Positions 1 through 13,371 of a stretch of DNA of 64,000 nt are shown in pieces. The position numbers were made by a program, and so were the translations under genes. The stretch is from assembly GCF_009834535.1 (NCBI RefSeq), contig NC_045696.1:97404001-97468000 (forward strand). The letters run 5' to 3'. Under the pieces are notes generated by a model that worked only from the letters and a program-made list of their open reading frames with translations, did no database searches and had not been told where the DNA came from. This DNA is from Camelus ferus (Eukaryota). Numbering within the stretch: position 1 is the first letter of the stretch; every line of letters begins with the position of its first letter.

Positions 1-520
1 CCATCTCTGTTTACTGCAGCATTATTCACAATAGCCAAGATACGAAACAACCTAAGTGCCTTTCAACTGATGAACAAATTAAAAAAGATGTGGTAAATAT
101 ATAGAATACTGCTCAACTATAAAGAAAAAAAAAAAGATGAAATCTTGCTATTTACGACAACATGGACAGATCTAGAGGGTATTAATGCTGAGTGAAATAA
201 GTCAGATGGAGAAAGACAAATACCATATGATTTCATTCATATGCAGATTATAAAAAAACAAATGAAATAAATAAATAAATAAATGAGAAACCAAACCAAA
301 CAAAAACAAACACACAGCTGCAGAGAACAGATGAGTGGTTACCAGACGGGAAAGGGGTTGGGAAAGGTAAAATGGGTAAAGGAGTCAAATATATAGTGAC
401 AGATGGAAACCAAACTTTTGGTGGTAAGCATGCTATAGTGCATACAGAGATCAAAATATCATGTTGTACACATGAAACTTATATAATGTTATAAACCAAT
501 GTTAGCTCAATTAAAAAATA
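1..520 (+). mobile_element. LINE-1 3' end (ORF2 tail and 3' UTR)
   Basis: Typical L1 text gcagcattattcacaatagccaaga...gagtgaaataagtcag...gaaagacaaataccatatgat, ending in an A-rich tail. Confidence 0.85.
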
Positions 521-3500
521 TATGTATCAATATAACCAAGAATATTTCTTCCGTTAAGTGACAAAAATCATGTCCTATTCTTCTCCAAAACATAGCCTCC
601 CTTTTCCTTATGCAGATATAGGCAATGAGTTGTCCTTTTTGATACTAAACATTATTGAGCAATATGCATTAAAGTAAAATTAATAAATTTTGGCATGTAC
701 ATATAATGTAATTCTCTACAACAATGAAAACAAGTGACAGCTATATGACCAACACAGATGAGTTTCACAAGAATAACCCTAAGCAAAAAAAGCAAGTCAC
801 AAAGAATGCAAAAACTATGATCTCACTCATATGAAGTCCTTTAAAAGGCAAAATGGACGATATTACTTAGAAATTCACAGTTAAGAGGTAAAAATATCAA
901 GAAAATGAGGACATTATCATTATAAAAATCTAGATAATGGTCACCTCAAGGGTAAGAAAAGGGAGTGTGATCAGGGAAAAGGTGCTTCTGGGATGCCAGC
1001 AACATTCCATATCTTGACCTGGGTTGTGGTAAGATAGGGAATTTCGATTATAATTGCTTTTAAGCCATATACAAATGTTTTACGCACTTTCCTGTATCAG
1101 TGATATCTAACCATTTTTAAAAGGAAAAAAAATAAAGCAGTCTGCCATTCAAAACAAGATTTTTTTGTTTTGTTCTTCTGACTACATGGAAATATTATGA
1201 AACCTAGCAATCAGCAGCCTACTGAGCTCTCACACACACTAAGCGAGCCAACAAATAAGCCAACTATTAAAACTAGACTCATGTCCAATCCAAAGTTATA
1301 TCTTCTCTTCAGTGGACATGGGATCTAGTCATCTGTATTACTCATATTATTAATATGTACTCTAATGATTCTTACCACCAGAGAAGTTTAGAAAATATGC
1401 TTTAGTCTAGTAAAAGCACCTATCACCCAGGAGCCTGTGATAAAAATAAATGTTCTCAGGCCCCTACCCTGGAGATTCAGATAGAAAGTATATAATTTTA
1501 TTTTTAAAAAATGTCCCCTCGTGAATCCATATGATCAAGACAAATTTAGAAAACAGTTCTCAAGCACAGATTGCCAAATGGCATACAAAGTCATTATTCA
1601 TAAACTTCTTGCAAGTCAATGAGGGATGGGGTAGAGGGTCAAAAATTAGAAAAAGGTTAAAAAAAAAAAAAGATAGAGAAATAGGAATGCTAATAAAAAT
1701 ACACTTCATAGTTCTCTCAACTACCACTGTTGTCACCAATGCCATAGGTGCCAACTCCAGCAATAAGCTATGCAGCAAACAAGAAAAAGGCAATTGACAA
1801 TTGGTTTCATAGATATAAGAATCTTAAACATCATTTAGGAAAATACGCCAGAAAATTCTGGTTTTCTAGGTTAGTCAAAAATATGCCCAGTATACTTCAA
1901 AGTATCAATCTCCTGAACCAGAAGAGTTTTTGTTTTGTTTTGTTCTTATGATACTTCACACAATTATCAGCACCATCACTGTAGACAAATCAATAGAGAA
2001 CTTTTTAACTTTGTGCCAGGCACTCTGTTAAACATCTGACGTGCATGCTTTTCCATCTAATCCTCAGAACAACCTTGTCAAGTAAAACAAAAACAAAAAC
2101 AATGCAGGGAAAAAAGTAACTTGCATTATCATTCCAGTTTCCCTATTTTAGGGGTCTCAATTTCTATGTGTAAGTACTAGAGATGGACTGAACAAATGAA
2201 CCAATTCCCTCACCCTTTACCCCTACCTGCATTCCTCTTTAATTTGTGCATAATTTCTGAACAAGAAGTTGAGCATGCCCAATGCCCCACACACTTTGGG
2301 TGTTAAGCACGAAATTTAGCCTACTGTGTTAATAGTAGAAGAGTATGGGGCACCAGATCAAGCCATTCCCACTGATGATAACAATTATTTCTTTAAAATA
2401 TCACCCTAGAGCTCCGTTCTTGGCCTTTTCTGTGCACCACACTGTTCCTTGGCAAATGTCTGCAACCTGCCTACGTATCTACCATGCCTCATTCCTCTTA
2501 ATCCCCTCTATGTTTTTTATTTCTCATAATAGTCGTTACTTTCTATCAGATTATAATTTGCTTAAATGTTATGTTTATTGTTTAGTGTCTATCTTTGCTG
2601 CAAGAATATAAACTCCTCCAAGATAGTCATCTTTATTTAATGGATATATCACAAGTATCTAAACAGTGCCTGGCACTTATTAGGTGCATAGTATTTGTAG
2701 AATGAATACACACATGGCTTTTCCTCATTATTATCTTCGCAGAACCTCTTAATATGGCTACCTCAACTACGGTTAAAAATATTTTTTTCTAAGACCTTAA
2801 CATTAAAAATATTTCATGTATACATTAAAAATATGCATAAATACTATGAAACAAACATTAGTTAATATGTACACGTAAACTCCGGGTAGTGGGACTCTAT
2901 GATTTTTATTTTCTTTATATTTATCTGCATATTTCAGAATAAACAATTAAAACTTTCTAAAGGCTATTTCATTTCATATAATATATACCAAATAAAACCC
3001 TAGAAGAAAATACACAGAAATCTTAACAGAAATCTGTTCCATCTATTCAAGTTCTCCAACCATTTTATATCCCTCTCCAGCCAATTTTTTTTTAATGAGC
3101 AACAAGGTTTTATAATTCACAAGTCCATTCACAATCTGGAGAAGATGAAATGATTTCTTCTTAAGTGAAACGTGTAATCAAAAAAGAGTGAACAAAAGGC
3201 AGATCTTGAGCTGTACGTTAACAAACCCAAGCTGTCATTTTCTCTCTCTAAGCACTCAATTACATTCAAAAGATTTCATCCTACACTACAGTCCTTATAG
3301 TTATCATTTTTGCATAAAGGTCAAATGTAGCAGCCATTTGGGCTCCCAGGCATATGTGTCACTTAGCAACACCTCACAGCCAATCACAGATTATAGCTGG
3401 ATTAATTGTGAGGACATGGATTACCAGCATCCCCTTTCCATTAGTAAGGAGCCCAAAGGCACAACCAAACCAATACCAAAACTTCAAATTTTTAGTTCTA

Positions 3501-3529
3501 TTTCCTAGAACCACTCCAGCCACCAATTC

Positions 3530-4486
3530 TGAATCAACAGTTCAGTCAGGAGAGAGAAACTATACAGTAAGTTAAACAGAGGATGTATATCATAGATAAT
3601 AACTGAACTATGATAGGATCATAACAATAAAGACATAATGAGGGATTCCAAGGGGCAGGAGAGAGGGATTCCCAAGGGCCATGAGGGAGCCTCTGGGAGT
3701 AACAGATATGTTCATTAACCCCATTATGGTGATGGTTTCACAGTTACATAAATATGTCAAAGCTGATTAAATTGTGCACTTTAGATATGTACAGTTTACT
3801 GTATGTCAGTAATAAGTCAATAAAGCTGCTTTTAATTTTTTTACAAAAAATAATGATTAAACTATGATGGCAAAGTGACGTTGCCAGGCAAGAAGGAAAC
3901 AACCCTCTGGAGTACAGGCAAGTTGAGGCTGGTGGGCAGGCGTGCAGAGGTAGTCAGGACACGGCCGTAGGCACAAGGCCTGAAATGCACAGTATCCATG
4001 TCAAGAGAACTGCAGGAGACAACTCTCCAGGCCACAGGCAGGCCAAGGTTAGCGGGCAAGAGCGCAGAGGTAGTCAAGGCACTGTAGGCATGAGGCCTGA
4101 GGTGTACACCATCCACTTCAGAAGGGCCGTAGCAAGGTGGTCACGAGGTCTGGACTGGGGCTGCAGGATCAGTAACAGCCTGTGTACTCTGGGCACATGG
4201 CTGAGGCAGACCACCCCCAGATGTATCTACTGTGACAGACCATGCAGCAGGAGCGGGGTAGGGGCCCGGAGGCGGGGTGAGGGGAACACAGCTCACAGAA
4301 AATAGGAGGGAAAAATCCCCTCCTCCAGTAAGTTCCCTCTGGCACTCTGTGCCCTCCAGCACCGAGTAAAGCTTAACATCATGCTCTTTGTGAAGGAGAA
4401 ATGCTTAAAGTCTAGTCCATTACTACAGAGTAGGTACCGAAGAGTGAGTTTGGAGCAGGAAAAAGAATAAATTGATAATTTACACA
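3530..4486. mobile_element. Ancient LTR (LTR78-like) interrupted by an old L1 3' fragment (about 3600-3850)
   Basis: Ends gttcagtcaggagagagaaac... and ...ttggagcagg..aataaattgataatttacaca resemble old eutherian LTR termini. The inserted piece ggtgatggtttcacagt...aattgtgcactttagatatgtacag is L1M 3' UTR-like. Confidence 0.5.
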
Positions 4487-4739
4487 ATTATCTTTCCGTT
4501 CTTAATGGTATTTAGATAAGGCAGTTTTCCTCTCACTTAACAATAGGGAAAAGAGGAAAGTGAATATATGGCCACTGGAGTGTTACCATGGTGCAGAATC
4601 TGAAAGAGGACCCATAGTCTCTGAAGTATCATTTACTTTTAGAAGTCACACAAATCTAGTCTAGGCTATTACCCATGTACGTTTTAAAATAAAAAAAAAA
4701 AGTTTTGAATTATACAACAATTGATTGTTATGCTTATCA

Positions 4740-5035
4740 GTTTCCAGAGGCTGCCCACATTCCATGGCTCAAGGGCCCCTTGCTCCATCTTCAAAGCCAG
4801 CAATGCTACATTGATTCCTTCTCACATCACATTATCCCAAACTTCTTTTCTGCCTTTCTTCCACTTTTATGATATCTCGTGATTACACTGGGCATATTTG
4901 GATAACCCAGGGTAACATTACCACCCCAAAGTCCTTAACTTAACTATATCTGCACAATTACTTTTGCATATAAGGTTATCATATTCATAGGTTGCAGGTA
5001 TTAGGATCTTTAAGGGTCATTATTCTGTCTGCAAT
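4740..5035. mobile_element. MLT1 (ERVL-MaLR) LTR fragment
   Basis: agaggctgcccacattcc..tggctc...tccatcttcaaagccagcaatg...ggataacccagg...gggtcattattctg is characteristic MLT1 sequence. Confidence 0.75.
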
Positions 5036-5204
5036 AGATTATACCATTTCTCATCAAATTTTCAGTTTATTCATTTATATTAGTATGGAAATATGGATTA
5101 CTGTTTTATTCAATGGACTAGAATACATTATAGTAATTATTATTTTGATGTCCAATTGTCCCTAATTTAGTCTAAAGGAGGCTCATTCCAATGGGTTTTT
5201 GTGT

Positions 5205-5511
5205 CCACAGAAACAGACTCACAGACTTAGTAAACAATCTTTTGGTTACCAGGGAAAGCAGGTGGGAAGGGATAAATTTGGGAGTTTGAGATTTACAAAT
5301 GTTAGCCACTATATATAAAAATAGATTTTTTTTTTAAGTTTCTTTCGTATGGTACAGGGAACAATGTTCAACATCTTGTAATAACCTTTAATGGAAAAAA
5401 ATATGAAATGAATATACGTATGTATATGCATGACTGTGACATTGTACTGGACACCAGAGACTGACACATTGTAAAGGACTGTATTTCATTAAAAAATAAA
5501 TAAATAAATAA
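5205..5511 (+). mobile_element. Young 5'-truncated L1 3' end inserted in an older L1
   Basis: cagaaacagactcacagac...gggataaatttgggagtttgagatt...gactgtatttcatt followed by a (taaa)n tail. Confidence 0.8.
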
Positions 5512-6715
5512 CATGTGCCCATCTTTCTTGAGCACTTCTTTGTTTTCTGGCACAAGATTCTCCAGTCCCATCTCGTACTTTCCTTACTATAACCCTAAAA
5601 TCACCCATTTCTCCAAGACTATCCTTGTTTGTAGGAATCTTACACAAAAGTATTTGGTGGGTATAGAGCATCAGGTCAACAACTTACTCTAAATGATTAA
5701 GGGGAAAAAAAAGTCTTCATACAATTCTTACAACTTTTCTGGACACTTGTGATTATTTCAAAATAAAAAACATGATTATATTAATCAACATAATGTCTTC
5801 CAAAGCATATCTAAATGTTAGTAGTGCAGATGATTGAAAATTCACCAGCCATAAAAATCCCTGCGGTTTCTCTCAGAACCTGATAAATTGAATGTGATTT
5901 TAAAGTATACCTGTAAAGACTGTAAGAAGAGCTGTAATATAGGGATTGAAGTTCTAATCCTGGGTCCATCATTTACTGACTTAAGTTAATATCACTGTAG
6001 TTAGCTTCTAATCCTCATACATCATTCATTATATTGCTATTTAATAAAGTGTTTGATTTTTTTCTAATACTAAAAATAATGTTCACTGGAAGGTATAAAG
6101 AAAATATCAATTACCCATAATGTTAACATTCACAGATAACGTGAGTGTTTGTCCTCATGTGTTGTAGTTCATTCTCACAGGTTATAACATTATCCTTACT
6201 CTCCCAACCTCACTTTCAGCTCTCTTCCTCACTGCCATCCATCTGACCCATAGTGGCCCAGCTCACCCAACATACAAGGCACAAACAGCATTGTAATATA
6301 GAATTTCTTAATCTCTAATATCCTATTCAGTATCACTCATATCATTCACACTGGTTCTGCTTCTCTGATTCCAACCACTAGTAACAGTCTTTTTTCCATG
6401 TATATTTTATATTATTTGTATATTGTACTATAATTTGTATGCTTTTTAAAGTTGTATCATTTTTCCTTGTTATTAAAACTCTTCACAAACTACTTTGTTA
6501 ATAGCTGCTTAATGTGACATCATATGGCTAAATCATGACTTAGTCTAACTACTCCCCTACTATCTTCAATACTAAGTTGAATCCAACTCCTGCAATTACA
6601 AATAATTCTATGATAAATATAAATCTCTTTCCACATTTCTGATTATTTTCTTAGGATAGATTCCTATATATGGAATCACCACACCAAAGGAACATTTTAA
6701 GACTTTATACAGGTT

Positions 6716-9510
6716 GAGCTAGTCAAGATGGCAGAATAGTAGGACCACAAGCTCACCTCTCCTCACGACTACAACAAAACCACAATTGACTGCTAAACAA
6801 TCATCGGGAAAAAAAGATTGGAACCTAGCAAAAAAAAGATCTTCTTAAACTGGAAACATAGAGAGGAAACCACAGCGGGACATTAGGAGGGGCAGGCTCT
6901 CAATACAATTGGGCCCCACTGCCCCCCAGGTGGGCGACCCACAAGCTGAAGAATAAATAAGTGGCAGAGACCCCCTCCCCCTACAGGAGTGAGAGCTCTA
7001 AGCCCCACGTCAGGCTCCCCAGCCCAGGGGTTCTGGCACTGGAAAGAGAAGGAGACCCCAGGTTTTGAAGGCCAGTGGGACTTAACTCCAGGAGCCCCAG
7101 GGGACTGGGGGAAACAGAGACCTCATTCTCTTGGGAAGTGTGCTCCAGGTCCAAGGGAAGAGGCGGTTATTTCATAGGAACATGGGCCAGACCTGCCTGC
7201 TGGTTTTGGAAGGTCTCCTAGGGAGATAGGGGACAGCTGCAGCTGACCCTGGAGACATAAAAGCTGGTGGAGGACATTCCAGGAAGTGTTCATCTACATG
7301 AGGTTTTCTGGAGGCTGACATCTTGATTGGATCATCAGCACCAAGACCTAACCCCACCCAGCAGCCTGTAGACTTAACTGCTGGGAAGCCTCAGGCCAAA
7401 CAACACACTGGGTAGGAACGCAGCCCCACCCATCAGCAGACTTCCTGAGCCACAAATGCCTCTAGACACACCCCTAGACATGGCCCTACCCACCAGAGGA
7501 CCAGGACCAAGCTCCACCCAGCAGTGAGCAGGCACCAACTCCTCTTGCCAGGAAACCTGCAGAAGCCTCTAGCCCAGCCTCATCCACCACAAATAAGGCC
7601 ACTAGGCCAAGACACAGGATAAAATTCTAGAAGAAGAAATAAGTGATGAAGAGATAGGCAATCTATCTGAGAAAGAGTTTAGAGTAATGATGGTGAAGAT
7701 GTTCAGAGAACTCAAGAGGAGTATGGATGCACAGGGGGAAGTTTTTAGCAAAGAGTTAGAAAATATAACGAATACCCAAACAGAGTTGAAGAATAAAACT
7801 ACTGAAATGAATAACAAATTAGGAGGAACCAAGAATAGCCTAATGAGGCAAAAAAAAATAGATCAGTGAGCTGGAAATCACTATTGCAGAACAGAAAGAA
7901 GAAAAAAGAATGAAAAGAAATGAGGATAGTTTAAGAGAACTCTGGGACAACACATGAAGCACACTAATATTCACATTATAGGGGCCTTCAATAGTGAAAA
8001 CAATTTTGAAAAAGAACAAAGCTGAAAGACTCACACCTCAATTTCAAAATCTTACTATAAAGCTACAGTAATCAAAACAACGTGATGTGGGCATAAGGAT
8101 AGAAATTATAGACCAAAGGAACAGAATTGAGAATCCAGAACTAACCCCATAACCTATGGCCAACTGATTTTCAGTAAAGGTGCCAAGATCATTCAAAGGG
8201 GAAATAATACTTTTTTCAACAATTGGTACTGGAACAATTGGATATTTACATGCAAAACTATGACTTTGTACCCTAACTCACACTATATGTAAAAATTAAC
8301 TCAAAATAGTTCAATGACCTAAATATAAGAGCTAAAATGATAAAACTCTTAGGAGTAAATCTTCATAACCTTGGATTCAGCAATAGATTCTTAGATATGA
8401 CACCACAAGCATAAGCGACAAAAATAAATAGAGCTTGATCAAAATTTAAAACTTTTATGCATCAAAGGATATTATTAAGAAGCTGAAAAGGCAACCCACG
8501 GAATGGAAGAAAATATCTGCAAATCATATATCTAATAAGGATCTAGTATTCAGGATACATAAAAACATTTAGAACTCAATAATAAAAAGACAAATATCCC
8601 AACTTAAAAAATGGGCGAAGAACATGAATAGACATTTCTTCAAAGATATACAAGTGGCCAAACAGGAACATAAAAACATGTTCAACATCATTAGTTATAA
8701 TGGAAAAAATGCAAATCAAACCACAGTGAGATATCATCTCATACCCACATGGATAGCAACAGCATAATTTTTTTTACTAGAAAAGAACAAATGTTGGTGA
8801 CAATGTAGAGAAATGGAACCTTCATATATTGCCAGTAGGAATGTAAAATTGTTCAGCCACTGTGGAAAAGTCTGGCAAGTCCTCAGAAAGCTAAAGATAG
8901 GATTACCATATGATCCAGCAATTCCACTCCTTATACATATCCAAAAATGATCCAGCAATTCCACTCTTTATGTATTCCCCAAAGAAATGAAAACTGGTAC
9001 TCAAACACATCCTTGTAAGTGAATGGTCACAGCAACAATATTCACAACAGCCAAAGGATAGAAGGAACTAAAATGTCCATCAGTGGATGAATGAATGAAG
9101 TGTGGTTTCTACATACCGTAAAATTAGCTATAAAAAGGAAAGAAGTACTCATACATACAACAGTGTAGCTTGCAACAACACTGCAGAACCTTGAAAACAT
9201 TATGCTAAGTGAAAGAAGCCAGACACAAAGGGTCACACATTGCATGATTTCATTGATACGAAATTTCCAGAATAAATAAGATATCCAGTAAGTCTATAGA
9301 AACAGAAAGGAAACTGGTGGCTGCCAGAGGCTGAAGGCAGCAGGGAATGGGGGATAACTTTAATGAGTATGGGGTTTTAGTTTGGAGTGATAAAAATGTT
9401 TCAGAACTTGACAGAGTGGTGGCTGCACAACACTGTGATGTACTAAGTGCCACTCAATTATTCATTTTAAAATGGTTAGTTTTATGTGATGTGAATTTCG
9501 CCTCAAAAAA
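6716..9510 (+). mobile_element. LINE-1 with 5' UTR and partial ORF1 joined (near 7985) to ORF2 3' part and 3' UTR; internally deleted or chimeric
   Basis: caagatggc start and GC-rich 5' UTR; ORF1 coiled-coil remnant MMVKMFRELKRSMD..KELENI..; ORF2 text tactataaagctacagtaatcaaaac; 3' end tgtgaatttcgcctcaaaaaa. Confidence 0.85.
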
Positions 9511-12500
9511 TGTTAAGCAATTAATATTTATAATACATGTTACGTAAATGTATAAATTACAAGCACAGTTCTTCCTTTTTGAGGTCAAACATGTAAATTA
9601 CAAGCACAGTAATTAGGCAAATAAAGTACTCTTTAATATTTAATGAGGTGTTTCTTATCTAAGCAAAGTAGAAATTCAACTCCTACTATCTTATAAACTT
9701 GATTTAGAAATATCTACTTATCACCAAGTGGGATTATTTCCCCTGGCGATTCATTCCCTCTAAAAGCTTAACTGGATAGCTTGATCATCAGAAAATAAGC
9801 TTGAACTAGAGTCATATTCAATCAATCAAGCTTCAACAAATTTCTAGCTCCCTAGAAATGATTCTAAATCAAATTCATGTAGCTGACCAGAAGCTCAATC
9901 ATTTCAATGAGCAGAGTATACCAAAATTTCAGTTGTCTTTTCAATTTACATCAATGTAGCTATGAATATATAAATGTTTTAATGTCCAAATACTTCATGG
10001 TTACTGATATTCTAAAACCACAAAATTAACAGTGCTCCTCAGACTTTATTTCAGAGTTAAAAGACAGCCTCAAGCAGGACCACACCATTGAAATAACTAA
10101 AATGACATAAATATCTTCCCTGTGGATCATTCTCTTAAGAGGAATGTGAAGGTAGATACAAAAATGCCTGATCATGCTACTCCCTGCAGAAAATTCCTTA
10201 ACAGATTAAACAACTTCCAGAATAAAGTTCAAAACTAAACTGTGATTTAGCACAGAAAGTTCATACACTGGCTCCGCCTATGTCTCCAGCTTTGTCCCTT
10301 GCCATTCCTCCTCAATCTGTCTTCTCTAACCACTTGAACTTTCTCTTCTCTCAGCCTCTCACTATGTGCCTTCTCTGTGTCACCACAGTGTAATGAAACA
10401 TTTAAATTGTTCATCACTCCTTGAAGTTAGGAACTACACATTTTCAGATCGGTATGCTGAGCACTAGCACAATAATCAAAGGCTGCTGTATGAAAGTACG
10501 AATAACTATTAAGACTCATTACTGGGGCCTGAAATACTACGGCTTATTTTTCCTTCATAATAACAAAGCAGAAACTATATACTAGGCTGTATTTTTGCCT
10601 TATTTTTTAAAATTATAATGCAGTCTTATTAATAAATAACATCAAATAGCATTAATTTTATAGACATCTTTTTAAAACATCTAGTTTGTTAACTAAAAGC
10701 ATAAATTGTCTGATTATTATTATTCAATGGAAGCTCATGATCAGCTCTATTTGATCTATATTAGTAAAGTGAAACTGCAATACACATTTTGTAAGTCTTA
10801 AAAGCAGATTTTAAACTGGAAAATTCCAACTACCTCATTTTACAAACGAGGAAATGAACTGAGAGGTCAAGTTATTTATGCAAAGTCACCCAGCTAACGT
10901 GGGCAAGTTAGGGACACCCAGATTCCCTTAATGTTGATGCTTTCAGCTACAATATAACCTAATTTCCATTTCAGCCTCACAGGTAAGCCAGGCAAGGCAA
11001 TTCATAGCACCTCTTCTCTTTCTCCCTACCCTCAATCAAATGAGTACATGGGTCCTTAACACTTGTTACATTTAACTGACTCCTTTATCATTAAGATCTG
11101 GCCCTTGCCCTAACACAACTTCCTTCTCCTTATCATAAGCATTTAATGTGTACTTAACATCTTCTGAGTATTAAATACGTCTAAGTCATTTCATTGGGAA
11201 AAGAGGAAATGGGGAGACATATATGAGTAAGAATGATACAGTCCCTTCCTTCAAAGTGCTCTACAAAATTAGTTACAATCTGGTATAGTACGTACTCTTA
11301 TTGTTATCTGTTTAGAATTGTGGTTTTATAAATACATAGTACAAGAAAAAAATCCAATTACTTAAAAGAAACCTTATTTCTCTCACTAGAAAATAAACTC
11401 CATGAGGGCAAGGATTTTTTTTTTTTTTTGGTTCACTAATGTACTCTGCATTAGAACAGTGCCTGACATAGAAAATACTTAGCAAATTGTTGAGTGAATG
11501 AATGCTATAGAAAAACCCGAGTAGCAGAATCCAAGTCATGTTTCCAACAATGGTGTGACAGAATATGTAAACCTTCCTTGTCTTAATGCTTGTGCCTAAT
11601 GTTTGATTTTTCATTTGATTGGCCAGTTACTCGACCTTACATTACAGGAAACAAAAAATAGTTCAGAGATAGATAAATTACTATACAGCTTAATCTAACA
11701 TCATGCCCTACCCAACTGTATCCAAACTCCAGAAAATCTGCCAAGAAAGAAAACTACAGGCCCTTCTTCTACTTAGACCTGAGCCCTTTTTCAAGTATAA
11801 AGGGCCTCCAGATATTTTTCTTTCCTACAAAAGGTCAGAATTCGTTTTATCATCACCATCATTTTACAGAACAAGGAAATTGAAGCCAGAGAATGGTTAA
11901 CACAGAGACTTACAGAATCTCTGTTCTTCCTAGCACACCATGCAGCCTTCTACTCTTATCCTTTCAGGTCCTTCTCCCACAATCTTGGCTGTAAGTGGAA
12001 CACAATCTCTTTAGGTCCCCTCTTTGTAGCCATCCCATAACAGGCATACAGGCTCTCTAATTTTAAAGGTTTTGCTATTAATCAACTCAGGGTAACAAAG
12101 AAAGGATGACAAAAATAAGAAATCAGATGTTAAAACAATTCAACATGCAACATGTGTGTATAAATGCTTGGTACTGTATAAAAATCACAGCGTCTTTCCA
12201 AGTTCTTAGTGTGAGAATCCCTAGCTTCCAACTGATTGGCTCTCTTTTGAAATAATAAGTGGGAGCCTTGCTAGGTTTCCACAAGTTTCCCTCCCCACTA
12301 CCTTACTCCTGTTCTCCCAGGACACAAAATATGTTACAGGGAAAAACGGTGGGTACAACTCTACCAAGTGAGAAATCTGCATTTCTGAGGACCTTCAGGA
12401 GTCACATCCCTGCTTGTGAAAATTTGAACCACAGTGGGATGATTGCTATAGGCCATTTCCTCATGATGTAAGCAAGTGGTCTCTTCCCTTTTTACAGAAT

Positions 12501-12911
12501 ACACAGAGCATCCAGCTCCCATTTCACATCTCTAAACATCTGAAGAAATCCTCAGCTCCAAATCCAAAATCTGTATCATAAATTCTAATTCTCCTCCTAA
12601 ATCCTCTTCCACCAAAACCTGTTCTTCATCATAATATCCTCCCCAAACTAAGGCCCATACTTAACATCGGTTCCCCATGTTAACATTTCTCAAATCTATA
12701 CCCTTCACTACAATTCCACCTTTGTCACTCTTGCCTCAACCACTGTAATTAAACTCCATGGTATTTCTACCTCCAGGCTTCTACTGGACTTCTGTTCCAG
12801 ATTAATATCTATAGTAGGGGTTCTTCTCAACTAAGAATCACGTATAAAATCCTTAACCTGGTTCATTTGAGGATTTCCATAATCTGTGTCCATCTCTATT
12901 TACCAGCCTGT

Positions 12912-13371
12912 AACTTTTTAAATTTTTATACAATTTTAAAGGTCATTTTCTATTTACAGCTATTACAAAATATTGGCTACATTCCCCATGTTGCACAATA
13001 CATTCTTGAGCTTATCTTACACCCAAAAGTTTGTACCTCCCACTTCCCCGCCCCAAAATGCCCCTCCCCACCAGTAACCACAAGCTTGTTTTCTGTATAT
13101 TTGTGAGTCTGCTTCTTTTTTGTTGTATTTACTAGTTTGTTGTATTTTTTAGATTCTACATATAAGTGATATCATACAGTATTTGATTTTCTCTCTGACT
13201 CATTTCACTTAACATAATGCCCTCCAAGTCCATCCATGCTGCTGCAAATGGCAAAAGTTTGTTCTTTTTTATGGCTAAGTAGTATTCCTCTGTGTGTGTG
13301 TGTACACATACACAAATCACATCTTCTTTATCCATTCATCTGTTGATGGACACTTAGGTTGCTTTCATATC
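12912..13371 (-). mobile_element. 5'-truncated L1 3' end with target-site duplication
   Basis: Antisense L1 3' UTR; flanked by tttaccagcctgt (12899-12911) and tttatcaacctgt (13372-13384). Confidence 0.85.
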
